This document shows, in pieces, positions 13,320-14,369 of a DNA stretch of 14,369 bases (within the stretch, counting starts at the first letter, position 1; each line of letters opens with the position of its first letter). The notes under the pieces are model-generated. The model saw nothing but the letters and a program-made list of their open reading frames with translations, was not told where the DNA came from and ran no database searches. The translations under genes were made by a program, and so were the position numbers. The DNA is taken from the UHGV virus genome UHGV-0126033; one strand, written 5' to 3'. This DNA is from a virus.

Positions 13320-13490
13320 TTAGCGGGAGGCAGCTTTGAGGGCCACCGCCAAGAACACTAGGATTACGCCGAGTGCCATAGGCCCCCAGAACGGGAGCAG
13401 CACCCACAACCAGGACCAGGCGATAACGCCAGTCAGTTTCAAGGTTACAAAGATAAGGCCCAGTACAGAACAGATTCCCATTTTCATCAT
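13320..13490 (-). CDS. Small membrane protein with two predicted transmembrane helices
   Basis: Track ORF 13320..13538 begins at a TTG inside the upstream gene. In-frame ATGs at 13490, 13487 and 13481 follow AGAGGTG just after the upstream TAA. Protein MMKMGICSVLGLIFVTLKLTGVIAWSWLWVLLPFWGPMALGVILVFLAVALKAASR. Confidence 0.55.
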   Translation of the reverse strand: MMKMGICSVLGLIFVTLKLTGVIAWSWLWVLLPFWGPMALGVILVFLAVALKAASR

Positions 13491-13500
13491 CACCTCTGTG

Positions 13501-14358
13501 TTATTTAGTACGACCAACCCAACGACCATCGTCGTCAAGCAGCATCGGAATTAACTGCGGGCAACCCTCGGTGATTACCATCACACCCAGGATTGGTTTC
13601 TTGCGGGTGAGTCTGCCGTAAGCAAAGGCCATGCTCTTACGGTCAATCAGACACCCAGCATACGCACCAAAGTACAAAGCTGTTGAGCTAGCTGCATATT
13701 GCACCTCAAAGCGACCATGTTCGTGACCAAGGACAAGGCTGGTTCTTTCGTGGCTAGCGTTGAGCATGAAGTCACCCGACACTTGATGCTGGAATCTAAC
13801 CGGGCCAAGTGGGGTATTGAGTACCCACGCGTCAGCCCAAGACCACGCCGGGGCACCATGTTCAGGGAAAAGTATATCTCGGTACTTCTTGATGAATTGC
13901 ACTGGTAGCCCGTGAGCTTTCGCCCTGCGGTAAACCAGACTGCCGTGATTGGAATCGCAAACCAATAGGTTCGGGAACAGTTCATGTAGCTCCTCCAGTA
14001 CGAGCTTAGCTTTCTCCAGCTCCACCCCGGCGCTATCCAGGTTCGGGTTACTTTCGTGGAATGATATAGCGTGGCCGTCCGTCTCGTCGCCTACCTGTAC
14101 AACCATGTCCGGACAGTAGGCGTCTCGCACAGATTCTAAGAAGGCCATAGCATCTACGTGCGTATAGGGGGCATGCAAATCCCCAACTACGAGAATACGG
14201 TGGCACACTTCCGGCACGAAGGTTTTGCCGATGTCATCAGTGGGACTGGGCTGTATGAGCTTTAGTGCCTCCTTCATGTGGGATATTGCCTTACCCTTGC
14301 TCCCAGCGTGGTCTAGGAATATGCTGCGCCAGTACTTCACCATCTGTCGATACACCAC
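13501..14358 (-). CDS. Calcineurin-like metallophosphoesterase (putative nuclease or phosphatase); 5' end uncertain, may extend past the window
   Basis: Metal-ligand motifs in canonical order: VVGDLHAPY, VQVGDETDGH, VCDSNHG, LVLGHEHG. Track start 14358 is a GTG and the frame is still open at the window edge; an ATG at 14341-14343 is an alternative start. Confidence 0.75.
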   Translation of the reverse strand: MVYRQMVKYWRSIFLDHAGSKGKAISHMKEALKLIQPSPTDDIGKTFVPEVCHRILVVGDLHAPYTHVDAMAFLESVRDAYCPDMVVQVGDETDGHAISFHESNPNLDSAGVELEKAKLVLEELHELFPNLLVCDSNHGSLVYRRAKAHGLPVQFIKKYRDILFPEHGAPAWSWADAWVLNTPLGPVRFQHQVSGDFMLNASHERTSLVLGHEHGRFEVQYAASSTALYFGAYAGCLIDRKSMAFAYGRLTRKKPILGVMVITEGCPQLIPMLLDDDGRWVGRTK

Positions 14359-14369
14359 TGGCTCCCCCA

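Noticed and set aside
12486-13361. 291-aa plus-strand ORF
   Set aside because: Antisense to the 262-aa minus-strand gene. Cys/Arg/Gly-rich and without signals; every convincing gene in the window is on the minus strand.
13320-13538. TTG start at 13538 for the small membrane protein
   Set aside because: It would overlap the upstream metallophosphoesterase gene by 38 nt. In-frame ATGs at 13481-13490 follow an AGAGGTG just after the upstream stop and are the more economical start.
1-14369. CRISPR arrays, tRNA/rRNA genes, IS elements, integrase or attachment sites
   Set aside because: No regularly spaced direct repeats, no cloverleaf-like tRNA candidates, no transposase or integrase-like ORF and no terminal inverted repeats were seen on reading through. 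The window looks like a lytic-phage core block. A tRNA scan and repeat finder would confirm.

Overview
This window reads as one contiguous block of a T7-supergroup (Autographiviridae-like) podophage genome. Every convincing gene is on the minus strand, tightly packed, often with overlapping stop/start codons. All calls come from reading the translations and recognising motifs by eye; no database search was run. Order along the minus strand (high to low coordinate): calcineurin-like metallophosphoesterase, small 2-TM membrane protein, 262-aa protein with a Pro/Ala tail, five small proteins (84, 92, 123, 65 and an unlisted 53 aa), FEN-type 5'-3' exonuclease, 66-aa acidic protein, endonuclease VII, T7 gp1.7-like (DUF3310) protein, single-subunit RNA polymerase, two small genes, portal, scaffold, a free-standing HNH endonuclease, major capsid protein, a 60-aa ORF in the capsid -1 frame, a strong intrinsic terminator, tail tubular protein A, and the N-terminal part of tail tubular protein B running off the window. 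The RNAP sits at the end of the DNA-metabolism block directly before the structural module, which is the phiKMV-like layout rather than the T7 early position. No tRNA, CRISPR array, IS element or integrase was seen. The long plus-strand ORFs are antisense to these genes and are treated as artefacts. The points most worth follow-up are the HNH insertion between scaffold and capsid, the -1-frame ORF after the capsid gene, the gp1.7-like protein with a non-T7 N-terminal domain, two structured intergenic regions, and the run of small uncharacterised proteins beside the nuclease genes.
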